Part shown: in pieces, positions 1 through 12,431 of the stretch
Numbering within the stretch: the first letter of the stretch is position 1
How the letters are laid out: every line of letters starts with the position of its first letter
Assembly: GCA_963825865.1 (NCBI GenBank)
Contig: CAWGVG010000014.1
Span: forward strand, 64,001 to 128,000
Reading direction: 5' to 3'
DNA length: 64,000 bases
Source of the DNA: an uncultured Nitrososphaeraceae archaeon
Lineage (GTDB): Archaea > Thermoproteota > Nitrososphaeria > Nitrososphaerales > Nitrososphaeraceae
The notes under the pieces: generated by a model
Seen by the model: only the letters and a program-made list of their open reading frames with translations
The model's database searches: none
What the model was told of the DNA's origin: nothing
Translations under genes and position numbers: made by a program

Positions 1-2
1 AA

Positions 3-503
3 GAATTACGCAAGGCTAGGGAAGATTCGGTAAAGAATCTGACTAAATTAAAGTATGTGATGGCTGACTTTGATAATTATCGTAAACAGCTCGAAAAACA
101 ATTGGCTTCAAAAATTGAGTCAAACAAAGCTGAACTTCTCTTAAAATTTCTAAATATTCGTGACGACTATTTAAGAGGCTTTGAGATGGCAAAGCAGAGC
201 AAATATGAAGCTGTCGTAATTGAAGGCTTGGAAGTGATTCTGAAAAACCTCGACGCACTCCTTAAATACGAGGGCGTTATGGAAATTGAAACAACTGGCA
301 CACCTTTTGATCCAAACATACATGATGCTATTACTTTCTCATACAAAGATGATGTACCAGAAAATACCGTTACAGACGAGATTCGAAAAGGATACATGCT
401 TAACAATAAAGTTTTAAGACCTAGCCTTGTCGAAATATCTAAAAAGATAGTTAAAAATACCGTTAATGATACAGAAAAAATAGAAAAGGAGACTGAAAAT
501 TAA
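3..503 (+). CDS. grpE: Nucleotide exchange factor GrpE (5' end outside window)
   Basis: ADFDNYRK, FDPNIHDA and KGYMLNNKVLRPSLV motifs; the frame is open back to position 3; directly upstream of dnaK. Confidence 0.95.
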   Translation, partial: ELRKAREDSVKNLTKLKYVMADFDNYRKQLEKQLASKIESNKAELLLKFLNIRDDYLRGFEMAKQSKYEAVVIEGLEVILKNLDALLKYEGVMEIETTGTPFDPNIHDAITFSYKDDVPENTVTDEIRKGYMLNNKVLRPSLVEISKKIVKNTVNDTEKIEKETEN

Positions 504-505
504 GT

Positions 506-2444
506 ATGAGCAAAATTATAGGAATTGATCTTGGAACAAGTAACTCTGCTCCGCAGCACATTGATAGGCGGCAAGCCTACAATTATACAGGCTGCCGAAG
601 GTACTTCCGTTGGAGGAAAAGCTTTTCCTTCTGTCGTAGCTTTTACCCGTGATGGCCAACTAATTGTAGGTGAACCTGCAAGGCGACAAATGATATCTAA
701 TCCCGAAGGCACCGTCCTTGCTGCAAAGCGGAAAATGGGAACTGATTTCAAATTCAATGTATTTGGTAAAGAGTATACTCCACAGCAGATATCTTCATTC
801 ATCTTGCAAAAGATAAAGAGGGATGCCGAGGCTTTTCTTGGAGAAACCGTGGATAAAGCAGTAATTACAGTACCTGCGTACTTTAATGATAACCAAAGGC
901 AGGCAACGAAAGATTCAGGTGAAATTGCAGGACTGCAGGTAGTACGGATTATCAACGAGCCGACAGCTCCATCACTGGCCTATGGATTAGATAAGGTTCA
1001 AAAAGATCTTAAAATCATGGTCTATGATTTTGGGGGAGGAACACTGGATGTTACAATAATGGAGATGGGAGGAGGAGTCTTCCAAGTTAAAAGCACTTCG
1101 GGTGATACTCAACTTGGCGGAACCGATATGGATAATGCCCTTGTTGATTATGTTTTACAGGAATTCAGAAAGCAATCAGGATTAGATGTTAAAAACGACA
1201 AAGCCGCAATGATGAGGATAAGAGAGGCAGTGGAGAAGGCGAAAATCGAATTATCAAATATCGTCACTACTGAAATCAATCTACCGTTTCTCGCCTATGA
1301 TGCTACGACAGGTCCAAAGAACCTCATACTGACTTTGACAAGGGCAAAACTCGAAGAGCTACTAAGACCAATAGTCGAAAGATGTAGAACACCAATGATG
1401 CAGGCACTTCAGGATTCCAAAATAACGCCATCTGAGGTTGATAAAATCATATTGATCGGTGGACCTACAAGGATGCCAATTGTAAGGCAATTCGTCGCAT
1501 CAGTCATGGGTAAGGAGCCAGAGCGTGGTGTAGATCCAATGGAAGCTGTCGCAATGGGAGCGGCTGTTCAAGGAGCTATTATTTCTGGTGATGTATCGAC
1601 AGATATACTGTTGGTAGACGTTACACCACTTACTCTGGGTGTAGAAGTTCTAGGTGGCTTAAAAGAGCCTCTAATAGAACGCAATACTACTATTCCTTCA
1701 AAAAAGAGCAAAGTATTCACAACTGCAGCAGATTACCAGACTGCAGTTACAATTCACGTAGTACAAGGCGAAAGACCTATGGCCTCAGATTGTGTTTCTC
1801 TAGGAATTTTTAACTTATCGGGAATTCCTCCAGCTCCAAGAGGTGTACCACAGATCGAAGTTACGTTCGATATAGATGCAAACGGAATCCTCAATGTTAC
1901 AGCCAAAGACTTGGCTACGTCAAAAGAAGCAAAGATCACAATAACTGCAAACACTAAATTATCCAAATCAGAGATCGATAGGCTGAAAAAAGAATCCGAT
2001 CAATTCTCAGAGGCTGATAAAAAGAAGAAGGAGGAAGCAGAGGTCAAAAACGAAGCTGATAATTTGATTTATGCAGCCGAAAAACTGGTAAAGCAAGATT
2101 TGAAGGACAAGATCAAGCCAGAACACGCAGAAAAAATCAACAAATCTAGTCAAGAACTGAGGGATGCAATCGCTAGCAACAATATGGATAATATTAAAAC
2201 AAAAACACAGGAATTGAAAAATGTTCTTGGTGAGGTTAGCACAGAGGCATATAAAGCTGCAGGAGCTGCCTCTGCATCTGCTACTACCGGTGCTGCAGGA
2301 GAGACGGCAGGTGGTGCGGCCACCGCCGGAACTGGAACTTCATCTGAAGGATTTGACAGCGGCGCTGGTAGTAGCGGCAATAGTGGTGCAGCATCACCAT
2401 CAGATGCAACACAGCAACAACAAGAACAGCCACCGCGTTCATAA
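506..2444 (+). CDS. dnaK: Chaperone DnaK (Hsp70); frameshift near 550, probably a sequencing error
   Basis: ATG at 506 gives [15 protein letters not shown], then the frame shifts into the 525..2444 ORF with [16 protein letters not shown] and [16 protein letters not shown]. Confidence 0.97.
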
Positions 2445-2509
2445 TCTTTGCCTATGCTGATTGCGATATATTTTATTTGTATGGTGGGTCATAGGAATGG
2501 GAAAAAAGT

Positions 2510-3664
2510 ATGAGCACTAACAAAAGGGACTATTACGACGTGCTTAGTGTTCAGAAGAATTCAAGCAAGGAAGAAATCAAGAATGCGTTTAGAAAGTTAG
2601 CATTACAGTATCATCCTGACAGGAATAAGGCAGCTGAAGCAGAAGAAAAGTTCAAACAAATTTCGGAAGCGTATGCTGTTTTGTCCGATGATGAAAAGAG
2701 GAAAAAGTATGATACTTATGGTCATGTTGGAACAGAAGATGTATTCAGGGGTTCTGAAGCAAACTTTGATGAAATCTTTAAAGATATGGGCTTCGGTGGT
2801 TTTGGAAACATCTTCGAACAGATATTTGGAGGGCGTGGCGGTAGTGGAGGCGGCGCGGCAGCAACATAGGAGGTCGTGGTGGTAATGATCCGTTTGGTTT
2901 TGGTTTTAGCTTCGGTGGCGGTAGAGCAAAGGGACAGGATCTTCTTTATGATATGGAACTATCTCTAGAAGAGGTTCTCAAGGGAAGGAAGGATGAAATA
3001 GAATTACCAAAACTTGATAAATGTAATAACTGTGGTGGAACCGGCGCTGCGCCTGGAACCCGACCAAGGAAATGTAGTGTTTGTAACGGCCAAGGGCAAA
3101 CGAGGCGCGTCTATAGCCAAAATAGATTTTCCACTTTTGTGTCGTTGGAGCCATGCAGAACATGTCAGGGTCAAGGTGAAATCATTGATAAACCTTGCAA
3201 TATCTGTAATGGTCACTGGCAAAGTCAGAAAAAACAAGAAAATAGAGTTAGAAATTCCTCCTGGCGTCGAAGATGGGATGACATTGCAATTGCGTGGCGA
3301 AGGGGAACCATCGGACGGCGGAGCTTCTGGGGACTTACTAATAAGAATCCACATTAGGCCACATCCGCTATTTGAAAGGTTACAAGACGGTCATTTGCTT
3401 TACAACCTTGATCTTAAATTTACTGACGTTGCACTTGGGACTGAGGTTCGAGTGCCAACTCTCAACGGTCAAGAAAAATTAAAAATCCCTCAGGGCACTC
3501 AACCAAATGCTATTTTTAAGATTAAAGGTAAAGGATTGCCTCGCTATGGTGGTTACGGCAAAGGTGACCTAGTGGCTAGAATCAACGTAAAAATTCCAGC
3601 CAAATTAAATGATAAACAAAAGTCATTACTAAAAGAATTGGATATGGAATTTCAAAAGGAGTAG
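2510..3664 (+). CDS. dnaJ: Chaperone DnaJ; split by frameshifts near 2865 and 3213
   Basis: J-domain with HPD, G/F-rich linker, CxxCxGxG zinc repeats and C-terminal domain spread across three ORFs. Confidence 0.95.
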
Positions 3665-3764
3665 GAGTAGTAGTAGTTTAAAGAAATAGCATGGGTGATG
3701 AACAGTCCAAAGAAAGGAATGAATAGCGTGAATGTTATATCGCTATTACAGCACATTAAAATTC

Positions 3765-4070
3765 ATGAAGGTAAGAGTCTATTTCTGCAAGGAACCCGAT
3801 GCTCAAACTGTTCTAAGAAGAAGAATCGACAAGATTGGTAAGCAGGCATTAGATACTATCTATGATCTGGTATGGGAAGTGGAGTTTAAGAATATTCTGA
3901 ATGTAGGCAGAATTTGGCTCAAGTTTAAAGAAGAGGAACGGCCATTTGGAATATCTTTGAGCAATAGGAGAAGCCATGATAAAATATCACCAGGTGATAT
4001 CATTCAAATCGCCAATGATTTTTATATGGTCAATCAAATCGGAGCAACGAAAGTAAAAGCTATTGATTAG
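3765..4070 (+). CDS. Hypothetical protein
   Basis: Co-oriented ORF after dnaJ with ATG at 3765 (MKVRVYFCKEPD) and protein-like composition. Confidence 0.6.
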   Translation: MKVRVYFCKEPDAQTVLRRRIDKIGKQALDTIYDLVWEVEFKNILNVGRIWLKFKEEERPFGISLSNRRSHDKISPGDIIQIANDFYMVNQIGATKVKAID

Positions 4071-4131
4071 AACAGACTTGCATTAAACTACTTATTACTT
4101 TGTCCTTGATACATGTATAATAAAATAGTAC

Positions 4132-4577
4132 TTACCATCCCAAAACCTTCGCAGACTTTGCTGCAGCAGTGTCCAATGCTTGCTTGGGCTCTTTTAATCC
4201 ATAATAAACATCATTAAGTGCCTGGTGAATATCTTCAGATATCTGAGGATACTCTGGTATGCTAGGCCTGGCGTGGGCGATTTTGAGCATAGAGATCAAT
4301 TTATCATAGTATGGAATTGTTTGGTTCAAGCTTGCTCCATAAGGACCTTCTCCTATAGGTATCTGTGTTGGAAGATTTGAATGTGCTGTCAGATATGGGG
4401 CAAGTATTTTGGGCTCTACCATTATTGTAAGTAATTCCCATGTAAGGTCCTTTTGCGTTGATGTCTTGGGAATGCTTAATTCCCAACCTCCCATTAAAGT
4501 CGCACTATGATAGCTTGAGTCTGAGTACAGGAAACATTGGCAGGAAGCTTTGAATCTCCTAGTTCTGAGGTATTTTT
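4132..4577 (-). pseudogene. C-terminal fragment of an ABC sugar-binding protein, truncated by an IS
   Basis: ATLMGGWELSIP...ARPSIPEYPQIS...PKQALDTAA is typical of SBP_bac_1-type C-termini; the 5' part is replaced by an IS end at 4578. Confidence 0.75.
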
Positions 4578-5577
4578 TGCTCTGTTGCATAATTCATTAG
4601 GATTTTAGGTTATGCAAACCGTTAGCTAGGTCATTCGATTGAACATGTTATACAGAGCTACCTTTAGGAGGAATCTCTTTTACCATGTGAGGAAACTTTC
4701 TAGCTGTTACATGTTCACCAAATGTTCTTTTAATGGAAGAGAATGCTGTTTCTGCTATCCACCTGTACCCATAGCTCACGCTACGCTTCCATTTTTTGAG
4801 GTTTGTCTGTTGTCTTACTACAGACATATTCCTAGCATGACAGTTAGTTGACTTGACCTTGGAATTACTTCTTGTCTTTATACCAGGCTTAATGTGGTTC
4901 TTTGATAGGTATCTAAAATTGTTATTGCTGTCGTACATACCATCTGCTAATATACCCTTCAGATTATTATTTTCAGAAGCATTGTCTACTAACTTCTTTA
5001 GCATCTTACCATCATGTACCTCTTCACTTGTTACCTCCAGAGATACAATTCTTTTCTTCTCGATATCAACTGCTATGTGTATCTTTAGATATCCTTTTCT
5101 GACATGCCATTTGTGGTGCATCCATTCCCCTCGATTCACTACCTTAATGCCGGTGCTGTCTAAAGCAATGACAATATCATTTCCTAATTTTTCATCGATT
5201 TTAATCTCTAGCCTGTTTATACGTCTATTAATGGTACTATAATGTGGTGTGTTTGATACTTCTTTACTTGCATGAGCTATGACTACACCCTGTGTTTGTC
5301 TATATGGTAGATGGAAATATGCTCTCATGTAACCTAGAAGCTGAATAAATGAATTTGGGTAGCAGTAGGGCTCACCAACCTTACCAAGGTTCATTTGACA
5401 TAATTCGTAATCCCATCCATCAAGTACATCAAAATCCAAGAGTACTTGACCACGCCTAACTAGTGATTCATTATAGCAAGGCCAGTCAACCATACCAGAA
5501 TAATTAATACTAGCAAGCTAAATGGTGAGTGGTCAAATAAGTATCACTTACAAGATAATTAATCATGCAACAAAGCA
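4578..5577 (-). mobile_element. IS5-family element, type A copy 1 (transposase 4648..5493)
   Basis: DDE motifs IALDSTG, LADGMYD and IAETAFS; terminal inverted repeats TGCTCTGTTGCATAATT / AATCATGCAACAAAGCA; near-identical to 60140..61141; no TSD. Confidence 0.92.
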
Positions 5578-5830
5578 AATTGTTCTACTGATATGCTTTT
5601 ACAAGACTAGATTATTACCTGTCCTAGTTTAGATTCATAGAAAACTATCAATTGCAGCGTGTCGCTGGAAGTATAGCTGTATATTTCTTCGATACTGGAC
5701 ACACTCACTCAAAACCCCTTCGGTGTATGCTCAAATTATACAGTTTATGGTCATCATATCCAAAATCAACTGCTCCATGTAACATACTCCTTATGGAAGG
5801 GAATATTTTCAAACCTTTCTGTCATATGGA
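5578..5830 (-). pseudogene. Degenerate DDE transposase remnant
   Basis: Minus strand reads DFGYDDHKLYNLSIHRRGFE*VCPV...TSSDTLQLIVFYESKLGQ...SISVEQ with stops; cut by the adjacent IS. Confidence 0.55.
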
Positions 5831-6168
5831 TATAATTCATAGCAAGAAAATCATGTAATGCTCGATTGGAATCCAATCTTAGCTATATCCTTAATATAAA
5901 ATATCCTCTTTTCTTCTTCTGGCACTTCTGGCACAAGGCTACTAACATTAGTATCTTATATATTCCTGCTCAAATACTTGTTAGACACTGCGACATTCTT
6001 TTTACTTCTAAATTATAATTACAAGTAGCATTTGCATGTGCCTCTAAAGTAAGATTCATTTATCTTGGTCAAATATTTTAAAATCTCCATCGGTATTTGA
6101 ATCTATATCGTTCTATATTGTTATACACAAAAAAATAACATAACTGAATTTGCCTATCGCTATAGTGT

Positions 6169-7335
6169 CTATAAAGTTATGGATCTTATGATAGTTAATA
6201 ATGTATTTTCCATAAGAAACCAGTTGTACCTAGATACAAATGCCTTTCTGCCATTGTTTCCAAGCTCGTTTGCAAGGGTAGGATTATCCCTTAATTTAGT
6301 TATTGCAGTTCTAATCATTTCAACATTTTTAGACTCTATGACAAGACCACAATTTTCTTCTGTCACTATTTTACTCAGATAGGTTCCTTTAATAGCTATT
6401 ATTGGTTTTCCACACATCATGGCCTCGAACAATTTATTGGGTGATGCATAAATGAAGTTTCGTATAATTGGAGCATATAATATTGCTATACAATTACTTA
6501 GATAAGTTAATTCAAGGATTTTAGCATGTTCTACTTTACCAATATATAATATATTTTCTTTGTCTCGAATATGGTTTTTGAATTCTTTTTCCATGGCACC
6601 AAAACCCGCAACCAGCAATCTTATATCAGACATTCCATCTACTGCCCCTACTAAATGATACAAACCTCTGTCGGGTCCTATTCCACCTCCATAAAATATG
6701 GTAAATTTGTCATTTACAAATTTCGATATACGCTTATCATAAACAGCATTTTGGGATAGGTGTTCATAACTATCATAATTTGTATTGTAAATAACAAATA
6801 CCTTTCTCTTATCTACATCACCTAACTGTTCTAATATATAGGAAGGATTTGGTATTATAACGGCATTAACTCTTTTAATCAGGAATCTTTCTATATCAGC
6901 AACTATTCGCCTTAATGTCCGAAAGTTGTTTGGGATATATGCATCAGCATAAAAATCAGCTATATCATAAATAATTTTTTCTCTCTTCAATTTTGCTATT
7001 GTCCATATAGGTAATAATGTATCTAGATTCTCGGGAACGATAACATTAAATTTGTTTGTCACACAAAAAATAATTATATAAATTATCCAGATAGGGAGCT
7101 TGAGAATCAAATTTATTCCATATGGTGCTTTAAACTTGAATCGATGTATTTCTATACCAGCAGATAATTCTTGTTTGGACAACACCGACTCTCTATCCCA
7201 CTCTAAAATCATAACATTATATTTTGTTGCATATGTCTTGGCCATTCGATGAACGCGAGGAATTCCGGCAATAGTTGAGAGCATCAGCATCCTAGGTTTT
7301 GTTATCGTTGTTTTTTTAGACTGCATATATATCAT
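6169..7335 (-). CDS. Glycosyltransferase family 4
   Basis: IFYGGGIGPDRGL and ASPNKLFEAMMCGKPII GT-B motifs. Confidence 0.92.
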   Translation of the reverse strand: MIYMQSKKTTITKPRMLMLSTIAGIPRVHRMAKTYATKYNVMILEWDRESVLSKQELSAGIEIHRFKFKAPYGINLILKLPIWIIYIIIFCVTNKFNVIVPENLDTLLPIWTIAKLKREKIIYDIADFYADAYIPNNFRTLRRIVADIERFLIKRVNAVIIPNPSYILEQLGDVDKRKVFVIYNTNYDSYEHLSQNAVYDKRISKFVNDKFTIFYGGGIGPDRGLYHLVGAVDGMSDIRLLVAGFGAMEKEFKNHIRDKENILYIGKVEHAKILELTYLSNCIAILYAPIIRNFIYASPNKLFEAMMCGKPIIAIKGTYLSKIVTEENCGLVIESKNVEMIRTAITKLRDNPTLANELGNNGRKAFVSRYNWFLMENTLLTIIRSITL

Positions 7336-7568
7336 TATTAATAAAAACTGAAGCTAAATTACTTTTCGGAAAGGCGTTTAGAAGAAATTGCGATAATTTA
7401 TTGTCATAAACGTAATGTAACATCATTCTTCTCAATAGTGATATTTTTATCTATAAATACTGTGAAAAGAGCTAGTCACATATTTCGTTAGTAAACTTAA
7501 AATAATAATATGCGTTTTGTCAATTGTAGATCTAACATCATCTTGGTGGGAGAATAGGGATTGGAACA

Positions 7569-8673
7569 ATGAATAAAGACAGCGCAATTGCGCTAATAAT
7601 GGCAATTACAATATTATCTCTGATAGCCGGATTGGAATTGCATTTTTACGGCCCTAGTCCTAGTCAGGGGTCGTCGCCGGAACAATCACCAGAACGATCG
7701 GTAGGAAAATCCACTTCGGAAAAAGCAACACAATATGTTCCAAAGACAATAAATATAGGTATTGTCAAACCGACGTTTACTGCTGCCTGCATATAATAAG
7801 GCTTTCTATCAATTTTATCAAAAACATGACAATTCAACGATCTATACAAATTCGACATTTGGTAAAAATATTACAACCGATCTTCAACTACTCACTGCTA
7901 AAATTCCAAAACATAATCCAAGTGCCTATGGATACGAGGTACCTGGCATAGTAAATGATGTCACGCGTTTGCTGCCTAATGCCAATGTAACAATTCTAAC
8001 AGACGGTGATATACACGAAGGCAAGATATTTAAAACAAATGGTACGCACTTACTCTCCCCTCCGATGGCACCTGATTCAGGAAGAGCTTATGGTATACTA
8101 ATACTAGGCCATCAGGAGTATGTGACACAGAAAGAATATGATAACTTGAAGAATTTTGTGGCAAATGGTGGTACAATAATCTTTATTGATGCAAATACAT
8201 TCTATGCAGAAGTAAGCTATGACAAGGGAGCACAAACAGTAACCTTGATCAAAGGCCATGGTTATGCATTTAACGGCAAGACAGCTTGGAAAAGTCTCAA
8301 TGAACGATGGGAAAATGAAACTTCACAGTGGGTTGGAAGCAATTTTTATTATTGGGGGGGAAATAATTATGATATAAAATTTAAAACCAATCCCTTTAAC
8401 TATACGCACTTTGAGGAGCAGTATATTACAAATCCCAACGTGAAAGTAATACTAGACTATTATGCAGATGCTCCTAATATTGCAGACTTCGGTTATCCTA
8501 AACCTGAAATTGCAATCTATGAAATGGAATATCTTAAAGGGAAGGTAATAATGTTTAGTATTTTCTCCTATTATCTTATAGATGAAGGTTATTTTATAGG
8601 CAATGTGAAAGGTCATGAGAATTTTATGAAATTCTTTAATACGTTGCTATTGAGGAATATTCCTAATGGATAA
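7569..8673 (+). CDS. Secreted/anchored protein with N,N-dimethylformamidase beta-subunit-like domain; frameshift near 7786
   Basis: N-terminal TM segment; IVKPTFTAAAY across the shift; LILGHQEYVTQKEYDNLKNFVANGGTIIFIDANTFYAEV. Confidence 0.7.
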
Positions 8674-8826
8674 ATGCTAAAAGGATCAAGGAAGTCATAT
8701 GCTAACTGAAGAAATATAAATAAATTAATGGCGATATTATTTATTATACATACAAAAGTTCTTATAATTAAAGTGCAATAAATATGACGTTTTGGATAGT
8801 TGAATTATTGTCACTAGGGGTTGGAA

Positions 8827-10972
8827 TTAGCCCCTAGTGACACTATTAACATGGTCGTTTCCATTTAGTGCAAATACAAAGGTATTTGTGGATTTATATT
8901 CTAATTTGAAGTATTTTTTATTAAAGAAATTATCAAAACCCCCAAAGCCTTGAAATTTGTCTATCGGAAACATTACAAAATAAGTATCAGGATTTATTTT
9001 TAAATTAAGATTATTGGTTTTGAGCCATTCAGTGGTTCTAGGAGTTATTATGATAATTATCTTCTTTCCAAAATTTGAAACAATTTTATCATAAGCATTA
9101 GAAGCATCTTCAGCTGTCATAGCAGATTTGACTAATTTTGCAACTGTAATATTCCATCCAATAGCCGGTATGTTTTGCCTAAATGCCAATCCTTTCATCT
9201 CGATAACTGTAAATGGATCAGAGAATACCAGATAGTCCCTGGGAGTATTTTTTTCAATCCATTTGGCAGCATTTAGTTCGTCCCCGGTAAAATTAATAAA
9301 TGTATCTCCATGTTGTGCATATCCGCTAATATATAATTCATAAGGTTTCATCAACACAGGGAATAACAAAATACTAGCAATTGTGATGTATATTGTGCTC
9401 CACTTAGTTATATTTCTAGATAAAGTTACGAGCTCCAGCCAATAAGGCTTGAATTTTGAATTATGGTTATGCGAACCGTACAACATTTTTGACTCTGATT
9501 TCTGTTTCGTTCCATAGGAATGGTTTTTTTGAGATCTATGAAAATAGGGTCTTTTTAATAGATGGAAAGTTGGTATCATGATCAATACTGCCGCCGCAAA
9601 TGATAGCAAAGGTCTTTCTAAAGTCATAATACGCTGAATAACACTAATTTGCTGAAAATAAACAAAAAACAAAATAGATGTAATAAAACTTAAGATAACA
9701 GCCCTTCTCTCTACAGATATGGAGAGAGTAATTAAACCTAGAATGGATAAAGATGCAGTAAGCAGAGTATACCACTGATCGAGATGGATGATCTTAGTAG
9801 CTGTATTATACAAGTAGCTATAATCAATCATATGAGATTGGTTAAAAATATTTTGTAATTGCAGTTGGAAAGTAATATATCCCCACAAGTACCAAGAAAA
9901 GAATAACCGCAATAGAGATTGTAGCTATTCGTATCAAAAAAAAGAAGAAATCATTTTTCGATATATAGGACAAAGATACCAAATATAATGATAATACAAA
10001 AGCCGTTGCAAGTCCTAACTCATAGTGAATTAACACTAACCCCGAAAAAACAACAAGCGTTAAAATAATTGGTAATTTTTTGTTTGTATTTGATCTTTTC
10101 CATATGACATCAACAACAAGGAAAGTTATAGGAAAGATGCTCATTACAAACGAACTAGGAACAAAAACCTGTATATTTGGAGACATCCCCATTTCAGTAA
10201 TGGCTAACCCAATAAAAGATCCAACGAAAGCAATCATATGATTTCTACTAACCCAATATGATATAGCATATAGCGATACAGCAAAAAGAGAGGAAAGTAT
10301 TATTGAAGCTGTCCAGAAAATCTCTATTACATCTGCATTAAAAGTAGCAGAACCTAAAGCAACAAGCAAGTGAAAGGTTGGAAGGTAAACTACTGTATTA
10401 GTATCAACGGATCCATTCAAAAAACTTTTGATGACATACATATGAGAAAAAGTATCAAAACCTGGAGTTAGCGGGTATGGCGAGAAAAAACGAATAAAGG
10501 TACCAAATGGGATTCCCAATATTAAAGAAAATACTAGAATTTTAATTATTATTTGTTTATCAACTTTTTTTACTTCTGTTTTTTTATTCAGTGATAGTAC
10601 GAAATTTAAAGGTATAGCCATTAGCAATAATATTGGACCAAGAATATTTGCTGTAAATAAGTGACTAATTGATGCAGGAAATGCAAATAATATAATCAAT
10701 AAGAGACCTATGAACCATTTAATTAAAACATCAAAAACCCCTACGCCATTGATGTAATTTGATAAACTTTTAATTGGTTTTATTGGTATGGCGACAAAAA
10801 GATCTCCTATGCTAAAAGGGATATAAAGAATCCACAATAGTGCTAAAATTGTTAATATAAATCCTGGAAGCGTAACTGTTTCAGATAATATAAAAAGTAG
10901 GAAAAGAATTATGCCGGTTAACCTGAAAAGAGACATATGTCTGAAGGATTGGGTTAACGATTGTATCATCAC
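8827..10972 (-). CDS. Large polytopic membrane protein, GT-C-like glycosyltransferase/polymerase candidate; frameshift near 9890
   Basis: Many TM helices, GFDTFSH loop and C-terminal ELNAAKWIEKNTP...FSDP domain; lies in a glycan cluster. Confidence 0.6.
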
Positions 10973-11160
10973 TATGCTTGTATCATCAAAATCCTCATAG
11001 ACAAACTAAAATGTCCCTCTAAAATAATACAACAACGAAGGCGTTATGAGGTACAATCAAAAATAACCAGTCCTTAGATGTCAAAGTAATAATTGACCGA
11101 TATATATCCAGATTAAAAATTACCGTTGGTGATAATAATTCTGGGAATGTAACCTGTCGT

Positions 11161-12234
11161 TCAGTCTTTTAGCAATATATTTGTCAAATTTGTTTTATTA
11201 TCCTTCCATTTATAAATACTTGTCACGTCCCAACCATTTTCTACGAGTTTATTATTGTCTGGTACCGATGAAAACTCCAGTTCCACTAGTCTACTTATTC
11301 CTAAATTATGAAGTATAGTTCGAGAATATCCCACGATGGTGTTGTAATGAGAGCGAATATCTCCAACTACAAAGTATGAATTACCTCCAGGAAGTACTAC
11401 CGGAGGATTCTCAGTAGTTCTATCCAAATCGATTCTAAATTCTAATGAATTGAGTATTGAATTATTTTGCATGACTAAGTCTATTTTTCTAAGATACAAG
11501 TTATCATCCGCAATCAAATCATGTAGGCTAATTAACCTAGATGAATACGCATTAATTTTTTCATAATAATGGTTACCTATCCACCCTCTTGGATAAACAG
11601 TACCACGAACAAAGGTTAGAATATAGTTCCCATGGTTACCCTCTATAGTGAATGTAAAACTTATTTGATAATCTATAGCAGACGTTTTAGCCGATTTGCC
11701 TATAACCAGCGAAATATAGTTGCCTCTATAATCAAGATCTTTCAACTCAAAACCGGCATAATCCTTGCCAGTACTTCCGGACATTATAAATAAGGGTGGA
11801 GTGCCATTTTTATCATCAATTGTTAAGTTATTTTTTTCGGTTTGTCCCCATGGTTCAAAATCCAGCTCCCCCTGAACCAATTGATTGGCATTACGTAAGA
11901 GTATCATACCACTGTGAACCAAATTAGTCTCATTAAGCAACGAGGATATATTATGCGCCATATATGGAATATCAACGTTGATATAATTAGTAAATTTTGA
12001 CTTATTAGTGAAACTTGAATTGTTTGTATTTGCATTAAAATCTGTTCTTCTTCCTTTAGCATTATCTGCTGCAAGTGTGTCTCTGGGATAAGACGAAATT
12101 GCAGAGCACATATTTAATATAACTGGGATATATAAAACAACCACAACCGCTAAAATACTAAATATTATTATTTTCAAATTATTAATCATCGGCGTTGCAT
12201 TTTTCTCAAAAACAACATGGATCCCGCCTTGCAA
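11161..12234 (-). CDS. Hypothetical membrane-anchored protein
   Basis: 357-aa ORF with one N-terminal TM segment and an Asn-rich linker. Confidence 0.6.
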   Translation of the reverse strand: MQGGIHVVFEKNATPMINNLKIIIFSILAVVVVLYIPVILNMCSAISSYPRDTLAADNAKGRRTDFNANTNNSSFTNKSKFTNYINVDIPYMAHNISSLLNETNLVHSGMILLRNANQLVQGELDFEPWGQTEKNNLTIDDKNGTPPLFIMSGSTGKDYAGFELKDLDYRGNYISLVIGKSAKTSAIDYQISFTFTIEGNHGNYILTFVRGTVYPRGWIGNHYYEKINAYSSRLISLHDLIADDNLYLRKIDLVMQNNSILNSLEFRIDLDRTTENPPVVLPGGNSYFVVGDIRSHYNTIVGYSRTILHNLGISRLVELEFSSVPDNNKLVENGWDVTSIYKWKDNKTNLTNILLKD

Positions 12235-12431
12235 TATAAAAATTTATCGTAGGGAAGTCCTCAAAAGACATTTTCACTATAAAAGAGCCAAGTTAGTAGA
12301 TTGTTTTGTCAAATATATATCAAAACACAATTTTTTCCAGTAAAAAGACGAAGAGAGAAGAGAGGATGGCGAAAATGATCCTTTAAATAGAGAAATATAA
12401 TTCTTAAGCATCGATGTAATTCTATACCTGT

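Noticed and set aside
506-3664. dnaK and dnaJ as pseudogenes or programmed frameshifts
   Set aside because: The proteins are otherwise well conserved, and the lesions fit the motif-linked error pattern seen across the window
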